A DNA stretch of 64,000 bases from an uncultured Lachnospiraceae bacterium (GCA_937891165.1 CALAEX010000066.1:1242-65241); one strand, 5' to 3'; numbered from the stretch's first letter, positions 9,353-18,340 are shown. A program made the numbers and translations. Notes: generated by a model from the letters alone, not told the origin.

Positions 9353-10631
9353 AGCACAAAATGAGTCCTTAGTTTAGAAGTAAATATACTATTTAATTTA
9401 TTTATAAACGAATAAATAAATTAATATAAATTTACTGGTGAGGACCTATATAGTAATATATAGAAAATAAACCTTCTTAATTGCTGGAAACTCTCGATAT
9501 GTTGTTAGTACAGTAAAGTGTGACAATCTAACAAATAGAGACAATCAGCAGCCAAGACCAATTATGTAAATTTGTATTAAAATAAATTAGGAGATAAATC
9601 AATATGAATTTACGAGAAAAATTATATGAAATTGGTATGACATATGATGAATTAGATAGAAATTCATTACCATATGAAGTATTTATTCCTATGGATACAT
9701 CATTATACCCCATCATACCAAAGAATAAATTTATGATAAGTAATAAAGGAAGAATTTATGATTGTCATAAAAAAGAATTTAAGAAAATTTCATTACCGAA
9801 AAATGAAGATACTAGCGTATCATACTATACAGTAAATATTGGAGATGAAAAATATTTAGTCCACCGATTAATGCTGTCATCGTTCGAACACCTCGGTGAT
9901 ATCGAATTAATGAAGACACTCCATGTTGATCATAAAGATGGTAATAAACACAATAATGAACTGTATAATTTACGCTGGGCTACAAATAAAGAAAACACAA
10001 TTTATGCAAGAGATTTAGGATTATTAAATCCTAGACGTGGTGAAACACATCCATGTGCTACTATAACTGAGAAGCAAGCACGGGAAATATGTGAATTACT
10101 ATCTACAGGAAAATATTCAAAATCTCAAATTTCTAAAATGCTAAATGTACCATACGATGCTGTTTGTGGTATTTATATGGGTGTATCATGGGTTTGGATT
10201 TCGAAAGATTATAATGTTCAAAATAAACTAATAAAAGGATCTGGTTATCCAAAAGTTTTTACATTTGATCAATTACATATGATATGTAAATATTTTTCTG
10301 AAAATAAAAAACCCGATGATATGAGTGTTAGAAAATATTGTTTGAATACATTACATAGTATAGGTTATGATGAAAATATTATAACAGAGGGTGTATTGAA
10401 TGGTGTTCGAAGTATATATAATAAAAAACGGTATATCGAAATAACTTCTCAATATAATTGGTAAGGTTCAACGACTATCGAAAGGGTAGCTTAGTAAAAT
10501 AAGTGAGTAACCGAGTAGAGTAGGATACATATATCCGAAATGGAAGGCTCCTTATAGTTTATAATGAATTATAAGGATGAAGATATAGTCTGAACTATAT
10601 AGAGATATATAGATTAACATAATTAACCAGG
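9353..10631 (+). mobile_element. group I intron 1 (IA2-like) carrying an HNH homing endonuclease gene
   Basis: 5' core cttaattgctggaaactc...gacaatcagcagccaagacc (9476-9558). 3' core gttcaacGACTATcgaaa (P7 5' at 10473-10478) and agatATAGTCtga (P7 3' at 10585-10590). Candidate P1: exon tttattt (9346-9352) with gaataaa (9410-9416). Boundaries are accurate only to within a few nt. Confidence 0.8.
9604..10464 (+). CDS. intron-encoded HNH homing endonuclease
   Basis: HVDHKDGNKHNNELYNLRWATNKEN is an HNH motif. AGGAG RBS. Lies entirely inside intron 1. Confidence 0.85.
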   Translation: MNLREKLYEIGMTYDELDRNSLPYEVFIPMDTSLYPIIPKNKFMISNKGRIYDCHKKEFKKISLPKNEDTSVSYYTVNIGDEKYLVHRLMLSSFEHLGDIELMKTLHVDHKDGNKHNNELYNLRWATNKENTIYARDLGLLNPRRGETHPCATITEKQAREICELLSTGKYSKSQISKMLNVPYDAVCGIYMGVSWVWISKDYNVQNKLIKGSGYPKVFTFDQLHMICKYFSENKKPDDMSVRKYCLNTLHSIGYDENIITEGVLNGVRSIYNKKRYIEITSQYNW

Positions 10632-11058
10632 AGGAAAAAGTCCGCAGTTCAACGCAAGTGTATTGCTGAAATTTATTGCAGTCGGTAGTGCTAAATATGA
10701 ATTAGAAGATGATGGTTTTGATGGATTTGGTGTTAAGGTTATGATTATTAAATCCAGAGGAAATCAGGCAGGTAGATTTGTAAATTTAATTTACGATAAA
10801 GTAAGAGGTATTGACCCCATTCGTTCAAGTATTGCATTTGCAAAAGAACTTGGACTTACAGGGGGAAATAAAAATAGTTTTTATTTCAACTCTCATAAAG
10901 AAGAGAAATTCTCGTTGAAGAATGTAAATCAGGAGTTTAGAGAAAGAAGACATTTATTCAAGATTATGTTTGATAATATCAGACCAGTACTTGAAAGTAA
11001 ATTATCTATGTTAACTCCGGATGAATTAGAACCAGTTGATGAAGCTATGGATTACTAA
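10632..11058 (+). CDS. RecA-family recombinase, exon 2 of 2
   Basis: The frame is open from 10627. GKSPQFNASVLLKF aligns with RecA GGNALKFYASVRL. The joined ORF 8499..9352+10632..11058 is 1281 nt and in frame. The track Met at 10663 is an artefact. Confidence 0.7.
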
Positions 11059-11087
11059 GATTTTTGTAAAAGAATCTAAATTTTAGT

Positions 11088-11097
11088 AATATATTAT
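11088..11097 (+). promoter_or_regulatory. promoter-like motif AATATATTAT
   Basis: Motif family member upstream of 11196. Confidence 0.35.
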
Positions 11098-11195
11098 TAT
11101 ATTGAATATATGTGAGTAGAGAATGATTATCTCTACTCGCATTATTTATTTTTATAAACTATTTATTATATTCTAAAGAAAGGAGGTCTTAAATT

Positions 11196-12233
11196 ATGCT
11201 AAGACCAAAGTATCCCAATTTTGGGGAAAGTAAAATTTTTGTGAAAAGAGGTATTGTAAGGGGGATTACACTTCCAGATTATGTAGGGAATATGAAGGAG
11301 AGACCAGTTTTAATTATGTCTGATCCGACAGAACTTCCAGTAGGGTTTCAAAAATCCAGTGTTCAAGTATATGGAATAAGTACAAGTATGTATAGTTTAT
11401 TAGATATTCCAATTATTTTATTTTCCAATTTTTCAAGTCAATTATCTTTTATTTGTATGATGGATATTTTTACGATTGATACAAAGAGAGATACACTCCC
11501 TAATCTGGTAATTCAATCAGTTTGTCCAGATTATATTTATGATATCGTAGTTAGAGTAAGAGAATTGATGCAGGAAAATACTTCAGTATCATTTGATACT
11601 GCTCTTAAAATGGTAAATGAATACCGTGTGCAGTTTATGCAGACTCATAGAATTAAGAAATTTAGAATAAGAATTACTTGCAATGAATACTATGAAATCT
11701 GTTATACTGGCGAAGCTACATATAAAATTTGTAGTGATGCAGACATTATTGAAGGTATAGAATATTTTGAATCTGGGGAAGAGATTGATTTTACCATTCC
11801 AGTAAATGCATTGGTGAGTACGGTAGAAGTTGAAAAGAAGAATGACACAATTCATTCTTATGCATTTAATATGAAGTCACCATATGTTTATGTAGGAGAG
11901 AAAGAAACCGAACTTCGAAAGAAAATGGGGGTAAATCAGATATTCTTAGAAAAGAACCCAGTTCCTATTTTAGAAGATGGTATTGTCCCAAAAATATTTA
12001 AACAGGTTACAGAACTTAGTGATGGCGACTTAATTAAATTTATGCAAGAATTTACTAAAGGATATTCCGAAATGGAATTCTCTCAAAGAACTGCTATTGG
12101 TTGGAAGTTCATTACCAACCGTTATATTGCTTGTGAATTTGAAATGATTCGTAGAGGTCTTGATGAAAGGATTGTATCTTATCCATTTGGAAAGATTCAA
12201 TACAAGAATCAGTTATTTTATAATAATAAATAA
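11196..12233 (+). CDS. hypothetical protein (345 aa)
   Basis: Long ORF with an AGGAGG RBS. Confidence 0.75.
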   Translation: MLRPKYPNFGESKIFVKRGIVRGITLPDYVGNMKERPVLIMSDPTELPVGFQKSSVQVYGISTSMYSLLDIPIILFSNFSSQLSFICMMDIFTIDTKRDTLPNLVIQSVCPDYIYDIVVRVRELMQENTSVSFDTALKMVNEYRVQFMQTHRIKKFRIRITCNEYYEICYTGEATYKICSDADIIEGIEYFESGEEIDFTIPVNALVSTVEVEKKNDTIHSYAFNMKSPYVYVGEKETELRKKMGVNQIFLEKNPVPILEDGIVPKIFKQVTELSDGDLIKFMQEFTKGYSEMEFSQRTAIGWKFITNRYIACEFEMIRRGLDERIVSYPFGKIQYKNQLFYNNK

Positions 12234-12245
12234 ACTATTTGCTTA

Positions 12246-12278
12246 GAAAGAGATGTTTTCACATCTCTTTCTTTTTTC
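12246..12278 (+). terminator. intrinsic terminator
   Basis: gaaagagatgt-tttc-acatctctttc followed by T6. Confidence 0.8.
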
Positions 12279-12334
12279 CTTTTTTATGTTCTCACTCACA
12301 TTTCTTTAAATTTTATCCAAATATGTAATGAAGT

Positions 12335-12344
12335 AATATATTAT
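12335..12344 (+). promoter_or_regulatory. promoter-like motif AATATATTAT
   Basis: Lies 31 nt upstream of the ATG at 12375. Confidence 0.4.
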
Positions 12345-12374
12345 TTATTTGGAATAAAATGAAAGGAGACTAAC

Positions 12375-13622
12375 ATGAAAGAGAAGTACAATCTTAAAGA
12401 TGCCCTAAGAGCGTGTGACCTAGAATATCTGGATGACCGTTCTATAGAGGGTAAAGGAATGCTTACAACACCGCAGTATATCAATAGTATGCGAAGTGTT
12501 ATGTTTGCATCGCATTTAAACCAGTTTAAGAATATGGTACAACCAGATTTTCCTCAGTTCTTTACTGGTGGTGAAAATGTGGTTGGTAAGTATTCGGACG
12601 GTTATTTGAAACTTAACGAATCTACTGTATATAGAAAAATTGTTAAGTTTGAAGGATTAGTAGAAAATCCGACCGTATATGTTTTGTTTGTGTATAACAA
12701 AGTAAAGAAACGATTTGAAGTTATTAGACGAAAACCGAATGAAGACTTAATTGAAGTATTTGGATATAAATACGATAATACAGTCATTGACTCCTTTAAA
12801 GAAGGAGATGAAATTAGTGAAGACACTATAGCATTTAAGTCTACTTCCTATGATGAAAGTATGAACTATTCGTATGGGCGAGATGTCATCACACAGTTAT
12901 CTTTTGAACCGTTTACATCAGAAGATGCAGCTATCGTATCAGAAGAAATTCAAGACCTTCTTAGAAATGTAGAGGTTGAAGAAAATATTGCTACATTGAA
13001 TGAGAATGATTTTCCTCTTAATATTTATGGAGACGACTTAGAGTATAAAACATTTCCAGATATCGGGGAATTTTCTAAAGGTATCATTATGGCTACTAGA
13101 AGAAAATTTAATAATCAGGTCTTGTTTGATTTTAAAGAAGATATGCTTAGTAAAGTAACAGACACCGATACTAGATATTATCTGAATGGTAAAGTTGTTG
13201 ATATTGAGATTTATTGTAATAACGAGGATTTACAGGATAACTCATTTTATCATCAGATTTATAACTATTGGTGTTATCAGAATGCTTACTATAAAGATAT
13301 TAAAAGAACTTGTGAAGAGATTATGAATTCAGGAGAAGACTACACAAGGGATATTGATTATCTTTATAAACAAGCATGTTACATGTTAGACCTTAAAAAG
13401 AAATGGAAAGAAAAAGACAATGCTTTCTCCAATGTGCAAGTACATATCCTTGTGGAGAGAGAAATACCATTAGCAGTAGGACAGAAAATTTCGGGTCGTT
13501 ATGGAAATAAATCGGTAATATCTGATATTCGTAAGAAAGAAGATATGCCATTCTATTATGATGCTAATGGTAATAAAGTTCATGTACAGCTTATACTATC
13601 AGTGCTAGCTATTATAAACCGT
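12375..13622 (+). CDS. RNA polymerase beta subunit C-terminal half, exon 1 of 4
   Basis: SMRSVMFASHLNQ (compare NRALMGANMQRQ). GQKISGRYGNKSVISDI (compare GDKxAGRHGNKGVxS). Ends at ...LAIINR (compare PSRMN). 5' splice site: P1 aaaccgT (13616-13622) with Gcggttt (13633-13639). Confidence 0.9.
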
Positions 13623-14762
13623 AAACTGTTGTGCGGTTTTAAAACCTCTTTAATTGCTGGGAACTCTTTAATTAGACAATCAGCAGCCAAGACCTTAAAA
13701 TTATAGAAATAAATAATAAAAGGAGTGATCGATATAAAAAATATCATAGATATGTTATATCATGATGAAAAATGGAGAAAGATAAGATATAAAAATATTT
13801 GTAAAGATATATACGAAATTAGTTCATACGGTCGTGTAAGAAAAATTTCAAATAAAAGAATCTTATCATCTGCAATGGCTCCAAATGGTTACTTACGTAT
13901 AAACTTAATAATAGATGAATTTATAGAAAATAGTAATGAACATAAAAGGAATGCATTTTCAATTCATGTTTTAGTATTTACACATTTTTGTGATAAAAAT
14001 GATGTTGAAACATATTTGATTGGTAATTTATTTGAACGGAGATATGTTGTTAATCATAAAGATGGTAATAAGACAAATAATTATTATGATAATCTTGAAT
14101 TAATGACATATTCGGAAAATAATAAACATGCTTCAAAATTAGGGTTGATGCCTAAAGGAGAAAATAAACCAAATTCTCCAAGTTGGGTTACAAATGAATT
14201 AGTTGAAAAAATTTGTAAAATGCTAGATAAGGGCGAACCTAATTGGCGTATTATTCAGACACTTGAATTGCCAAATACGAAATATACAAATACATTGATA
14301 TCTCATATTTATTCAAAACAAGGTTGGGAATTTATATCAGAAAAATATAATTTCTATAATTCAAATTCTAAGTTTAAACGAAGTACTACATATTCATTAG
14401 AAATGATTACTTATATATGTAAACTATTGGAACATGGATATTCTAATAGAGATATAGCAGATATAGTCTGTAATAAATTCGAAATGGGTAAAGATAAAAT
14501 ACATGCTATACGAATAATCGTATCACGTATTAGAAATAAACAAAAATATATAGATATTAGTAAAAACTATAATTTTTAAGGTAAGGTTCAACGACTATCG
14601 AACACATAGCTTGAGAGAAATGCTTAAGTGAATAAGTAAGTAGAGTAGGAGAAATCCGAAACGGGAGGTAATGCATATCTGGTAATAGGATATGCTTTAA
14701 AGATATAGTCTGAACTATATAGGAATATATAGAAGTATTTATATACGTTAACAAAAGCAATG
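13623..14762 (+). mobile_element. group I intron 2 (IA2-like, subtype A) carrying an HNH homing endonuclease gene
   Basis: P1 as above. P10: ctgttgt (13626-13632) with 3' exon acaacag (14763-14769), 7 bp. Core: taaaacctctttaattgctgggaactctttaattagacaatcagcagcc, gttcaacGACTATcgaa, ccgaaacgggagg, agatATAGTCtga. The omega G is 14762. Confidence 0.9.
13725..14579 (+). CDS. intron-encoded HNH homing endonuclease
   Basis: VVNHKDGNKTNNYYDNLELMTYSENNKHA is an HNH motif. N-terminus has EKWRKI...YEISSYGRVRK. GTG start after AAAGGAG. Confidence 0.85.
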   Translation: MIDIKNIIDMLYHDEKWRKIRYKNICKDIYEISSYGRVRKISNKRILSSAMAPNGYLRINLIIDEFIENSNEHKRNAFSIHVLVFTHFCDKNDVETYLIGNLFERRYVVNHKDGNKTNNYYDNLELMTYSENNKHASKLGLMPKGENKPNSPSWVTNELVEKICKMLDKGEPNWRIIQTLELPNTKYTNTLISHIYSKQGWEFISEKYNFYNSNSKFKRSTTYSLEMITYICKLLEHGYSNRDIADIVCNKFEMGKDKIHAIRIIVSRIRNKQKYIDISKNYNF

Positions 14763-15287
14763 ACAACAGCAGCCGTTATTGGGGAATTGGCTACGAACTT
14801 TATTGGAAAACGAGTTAGTGCTCATATGAAGACTCTTAAGACTATGAAAGAAAAAGAGAAAATATTATTTGATGTTCTTAAGATGTACAATGTTGCCTAT
14901 TGTGAATTCTTGACTAAGAAATATAAAGCAATGACTACAGAGGAGAAGAAGAACTTTTTACAGTACTGCGAAGATGTTAAGATTCACTTTAATCAACCAT
15001 CTATGGGTGAAAAAGAACCTATGTTTTATCGTATTATGAATCTGAAGGAAAAATATAAAGATATTTTGAATCCAGATGAAATGTGGGTTCATCAGTTTGG
15101 TAGAGATATCCGTTGTGTTATGGATGGATATATTGCCAATATGTATATTATTACTCTGAAACAAACAGCGAAGAAAGGTTTCTCAGTAAGAGGAATTGGT
15201 GCTGTTAGTGCTAAGGGTATACCGGAAAGAAGTTATAAATCAAAATCTCATAAAGATTTATATTCATCAACCGCTATTAGATTCGGT
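14763..15287 (+). CDS. RNA polymerase beta C-half, exon 2 of 4
   Basis: Begins TTAAVIGELATNFIG (compare NIGQILETHLG) and ends ...AIRFG. 525 nt, in frame. The Met at 14760 in the track is intron sequence. Confidence 0.88.
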
Positions 15288-15511
15288 GACCGAATTTGCC
15301 GAAGTAAAACTTCTTTAATTGCTGGGAACTCTTTAATTAGACAATCAGCAGCGAAGCTTAGAAATAAGAACGTTCAACGACTAGCTCTAGTAGCGTAGGA
15401 CTTAATAAAAACTCTTTAAGTTCGAAACAAGAAGCATTTAATTATGAAGATATAGTCTGATACTTATAGGAATATAAGAGAGTAAATTCGTAAGAATTAT
15501 AAACGTAATAG
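15288..15511 (+). mobile_element. group I intron 3 (subtype B, no ORF)
   Basis: P1: ttcggT (15282-15287) with Gccgaa (15298-15303). P10: gaattt (15292-15297) with 3' exon gaattc (15512-15517). Core: gttcaacGACTAgct...tagcgtagga...ttcgaaa...gaagatATAGTCtgatac. Close paralog of intron 8. Confidence 0.88.
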
Positions 15512-15526
15512 GAATTCGAAACGCTT
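15512..15526 (+). CDS. RNA polymerase beta C-half, 15-nt micro-exon (EFETL); 3' end tentative
   Basis: RFG|EFE restores the universal beta RFGEME motif. The last 6 nt, acgctt, pair with gggcgt (15534-15539) as P1 of intron 4. Confidence 0.6.
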
Positions 15527-15772
15527 AGAAATTGGGCGTCATACACAGAGATGTGTATTGCTTAAACCTCTTTAATTGCTGGAACCTCTTTAAGTAGACA
15601 ATCAGCAGCGAAGTTCGAAAGGAAACGTTCAACGACTATCGAAAGACTATTGAAAAATAGAATCGAGTAGAGTAGGAGAAATCCGAAACGGGAGGTATCT
15701 GTAAAAGATAAAGATATAGTCTGGCTATATATGAAAATATATAGGTTAATTAGCAATTTCTGTATTGCAATG
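15527..15772 (+). mobile_element. group I intron 4 (subtype A, no ORF)
   Basis: Full core (ttaaacctctttaattgctggaacc..gacaatcagcagcg..gttcaacGACTATcgaaag..ccgaaacgggagg..agatATAGTCtgg). Candidate P1 at 15521-15526/15534-15539, P2 hairpin atacac/gtgtat (15541-15558). 3' end gcaatG|cag matches intron 2 (gcaatG|aca). The 5' boundary is less certain than the 3' boundary. Confidence 0.75.
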
Positions 15773-16300
15773 CAGCCAGAAGAAGTTGCATTAATCCATG
15801 CATTTTACCGCACTTCAGTAAAAGCACGAAGAGACTTTGGTAAAGCCTTACTTAATAATGAACCTATTATTACAGTAGGAAAAACTTATGAATCCAGAGT
15901 AGCTGAGTTCTTCGAAATCATTTTAAAATCGTTAGGATTTAGATTAGAATTCTTAGATTCTGATGATGATTTTGTAGAACTTAGTGTAGATGATTTACAG
16001 TGGTTTGAATTAGCAAATGGTAAATCAGTATTCTGTTCTGAGTATGATAAATATATTATTGATCGTAGAAATGAGATTGGTGCTGAAATCTTAGAAGAAT
16101 ATGGTGCATTAAATATTGATGAATTGAATGAGATGATTGATGACGAAATTAAAGACAGACAGTATTTTATTGCTAGTGATATAAAAGACGTTTATTTGAA
16201 TTGCGTTGAAATTGAACCTACATTAGTGAGCAGAGATATTGTATCTTGTGAAGAGATTTCTAGTCAGTTAGAATTAATTGACGTTCCGGTGGAAGTTTAA
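15773..16300 (+). CDS. RNA polymerase beta C-half, exon 4 of 4
   Basis: QPEEVALIHAFY... (compare EMEVWALEAYG / EMERDCLIAHGA). ESRVAEFFEIILKSLGF (compare PESFKVLIKELQSLG). The joined 4-exon ORF is 2316 nt and in frame. Confidence 0.85.
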   Translation, partial: QPEEVALIHAFYRTSVKARRDFGKALLNNEPIITVGKTYESRVAEFFEIILKSLGFRLEFLDSDDDFVELSVDDLQWFELANGKSVFCSEYDKYIIDRRNEIGAEILEEYGALNIDELNEMIDDEIKDRQYFIASDIKDVYLNCVEIEPTLVSRDIVSCEEISSQLELIDVPVEV

Positions 16301-16360
16301 ATGAAATTGGGTAATGAACTATTTATGTTCATTACCCATATTTTTTACTCGAAAAATAAT

Positions 16361-16370
16361 GATATATTAT
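16361..16370 (+). promoter_or_regulatory. promoter-like motif GATATATTAT
   Basis: Lies 42 nt upstream of 16412. Confidence 0.4.
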
Positions 16371-16411
16371 ATTATTAGAAATAATCATAATTAGAAAGGA
16401 GAACGAAAGAT

Positions 16412-16675
16412 ATGGTTATTATAAGTAATAAGAAGTTTAAGAAAATGCAGACAACAAATTTAGTTGTTGGGTGTACTGGTATTGGTATGGGTGTAATTGG
16501 AGTGGGTCTTGGAACAGCATCTTTAATTAAAGATTCTGTAAATAAGAAAAAGACAAATTCTGATATAGATCTAATTCAGCAACATATCAATGCTTTAGAA
16601 AGAGCAAGTAAGAAAACTTGTAAAGAGGTCGCAGTAATTCAGGAAACTTTAATGGGAAATGGGTTATTAAGATAA
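16412..16675 (+). CDS. small membrane protein (one Gly-rich TM segment)
   Basis: AAAGGAG RBS. VVGCTGIGMGVIGVGLGTASLI is a hydrophobic span. Confidence 0.7.
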   Translation: MVIISNKKFKKMQTTNLVVGCTGIGMGVIGVGLGTASLIKDSVNKKKTNSDIDLIQQHINALERASKKTCKEVAVIQETLMGNGLLR

Positions 16676-16681
16676 AAGTTT

Positions 16682-16709
16682 GGGAATAGTAATATTCCCT
16701 TTCTTTTTT
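16682..16709 (+). terminator. intrinsic terminator
   Basis: gggaata-gtaa-tattccc followed by tttctttttt. Confidence 0.7.
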
Positions 16710-16856
16710 ATTAAAAAATATATAAGAGAGTACAAAAATATAAGAATTTTAGATTCTATAAATATACCAAGATAATTAGCAATTACGCAATTATTTCTTT
16801 TGCATAACAGTACAAACTTTAGTTGTACGTCTCTTAGTAGTAGAATGTAAGTGTTC

Positions 16857-16897
16857 TAAAAAGTCCCCTAACCATGAATGTGGTTAGGGGACTTTTA
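16857..16897. terminator. bidirectional terminator
   Basis: 13-bp stem agtcccctaacca/tggttaggggact flanked by A-run and T-run. Confidence 0.75.
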
Positions 16898-16947
16898 TAG
16901 AGTAGATGTAAAATTTACTCTTATTTTTTGTATATGAAATAGTTAAA

Positions 16948-17268
16948 TTACACTACTGATAAACTTGGAGTGACTTTAGCTTTATTAGTTACACCAGTTA
17001 CAGCGTATTTTGCGTGTAAATATAAATCATTACTTGAGATTGACGCAGTTCCATTAGCTATTGATATTACAATAGAACCAGTGAGTTTAGCAGCACCTTG
17101 GTCTGCGTATATATGATTATCACCAACATGAGCATAGCTCGATGATGTAATACTTATAGTTAAACTACAACTAGCTTTACTACTAAAATTTAGTACTGAA
17201 TCAGCACCTGCACTATTCACAAAATGTAATTTTCCATCAGTTCCTACATATGTTTTCACCTTACTCAC
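16948..17268 (-). CDS. small protein of the KTYVGxDGKLHFVN family, downstream of element copy C
   Basis: GTG start abuts the element. The first ~75 nt are nearly identical to 21354-21827, after which the sequences diverge completely. Confidence 0.7.
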   Translation of the reverse strand: MSKVKTYVGTDGKLHFVNSAGADSVLNFSSKASCSLTISITSSSYAHVGDNHIYADQGAAKLTGSIVISIANGTASISSNDLYLHAKYAVTGVTNKAKVTPSLSVV

Positions 17269-17355
17269 GTTACTATTTAGTTAAATAAGATTTCTCTATC
17301 TCCCGTGTTTTACCGAGAGATAGAGAAAATTAATTGTGCTAAATTCAATCCCCCT
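17269..17355 (-). repeat. 85-nt rod-like conserved element, copy C (loop class tgttttac; degenerate lower stem)
   Basis: Arms at 17292-17305 and 17314-17327, spacer at 17306-17313. Confidence 0.9.
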
Positions 17356-17401
17356 AAAAAACAAAAATAAAAAACAAAAAGTGAGAAAAGAAAACGAATA
17401 T

Positions 17402-17737
17402 TTAAACCCATACAGTACCAGATAATGATGATGAATTTTCCCACCATTGGTCTGGTAAAGCCGAATTGTATAGATAATCTCCACTCTCATTAGTTAATAT
17501 AACACTCACATGTTGCCATATAGGATTTGATGGGTTACCGCCTACAGATCTTGTTACATAAAAATTCACTGGATGTGTTTTATCACTACCAGCAGCGACA
17601 CCAGCGTTATATCTATTAGTATAAATATTTTGTATACTAGTTACTATAGCTGCGGGAGTTTTTGCACTAGGGGTTGACCCACATGATTTGCATTTATTAT
17701 ATATTGAATCAACCCCAGTTTGAAAAGACGAGAGGTT
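17402..17737 (-). CDS. small protein downstream of element copy D, with no canonical start codon
   Basis: 112 codons are open from the element to the TAA (17404-17402): NLSSFQTGVDSIYNKCKSCG...SGTVWV. There is no in-frame ATG or TTG, and the first GTG is about codon 62. Absent from the ORF track. Confidence 0.55.
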   Translation of the reverse strand, partial: NLSSFQTGVDSIYNKCKSCGSTPSAKTPAAIVTSIQNIYTNRYNAGVAAGSDKTHPVNFYVTRSVGGNPSNPIWQHVSVILTNESGDYLYNSALPDQWWENSSSLSGTVWV

Positions 17738-17819
17738 ACTATTTAGCTTAATAAAAATTCTCTATCTCCCGAGAATCATCGAGAGATAGAGAAAATTAAT
17801 TGTGCTAAATTCAATCCCC
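17735..17819 (-). repeat. 85-nt rod-like conserved element, copy D (loop class agaatcat)
   Basis: Arms at 17758-17771 and 17780-17793, spacer at 17772-17779. Confidence 0.9.
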
Positions 17820-17928
17820 AAGTCTCTCCCGTACTACTAAAACCTCAGGTAATAGTGTAATCTTCTTAAAAAATAAAAGTATATAATTCTACTGTACAAG
17901 GTGCTTGTACATATGGTGATTGAAATAC

Positions 17929-17953
17929 GGCACCTTCGTGCTTTATTTTTTTG
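17929..17953 (+). terminator. weak terminator or attenuator hairpin in the leader of 18003
   Basis: ggcac-cttc-gtgct followed by ttattttttt. Overlaps alternative pairings at 17893-17911 and 17898-17904/17930-17936. Confidence 0.35.
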
Positions 17954-18002
17954 TATTTATAATCAAAACAACTACTTAAATAGTCAGATTTGAAAGGAAG
18001 AG

Positions 18003-18281
18003 ATGATTATGAATAAAATTAACACATTGAAGCTTGCTATTCATGAAGCTCATGCAGAAAACATTATCAGTTCAGATAAAAGAGATTCTATGTTAACTTT
18101 TTGCGAATCTGTAGATTTAGAAAATGCAGAAGATTATGATAAGTTTATGGAAATGACCCAGGAACTTATCAATATTGCAGAAGCTAAGAAAACAAATGAA
18201 CTTAAGCTTACTATTTTTGAAAGTGAAGCTTGCGGTGATATTACTGCAGAAGAAAGAGAAGAATTACTTAAAATGCTTTAA
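18003..18281 (+). CDS. hypothetical small protein
   Basis: AAAGGAAG RBS and an ORF of 92 aa. Confidence 0.7.
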   Translation: MIMNKINTLKLAIHEAHAENIISSDKRDSMLTFCESVDLENAEDYDKFMEMTQELINIAEAKKTNELKLTIFESEACGDITAEEREELLKML

Positions 18282-18298
18282 GTAGAACAAAATATAAT

Positions 18299-18340
18299 CC
18301 AGATACAGATTAATTTCTGTATCTGGAAATTTGTTTTTTT
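18299..18340. terminator. terminator between convergent genes
   Basis: ccagatacag-8 nt loop-ctgtatctgg followed by aaatttgttttttt. Confidence 0.7.

Noticed and set aside
13623-15398. The peptide TSLIAGNSLIRQSAAK occurs at the ends of two ORFs. The track also shows Met starts at 10663, 14760, 15731, 37430 and 47678, and ORF tails at 9353-9377, 46939-47071 and 37649-37687.
   Set aside because: The repeated peptide is simply the translation of the conserved intron core (ctttaattgctgggaactctttaattagacaatcagcagc). The starts and tails are read-through into or out of introns, not real protein termini.
15512-15562. A longer 51-nt exon (EFETLRNWASYTEMCIA) between introns 3 and 4, suggested by the direct repeat tgtattgc at 15555-15562 and 15761-15768.
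   Set aside because: Any splice within that repeat would need the same nucleotide to be both the 5' splice-site U and the omega G. It would also insert 17 residues into the RFGEME-VWALEAYG block. The alternative acgctT/Gggcgt P1 matches the P1-P2 architecture of intron 9. This remains unresolved without cDNA.
8499-16300. Inteins as the cause of the split RecA-like and RNAP ORFs.
   Set aside because: The interruptions contain stop codons in all frames and carry group I ribozyme core sequences. No Cys/Ser...His-Asn intein boundary motifs are present.
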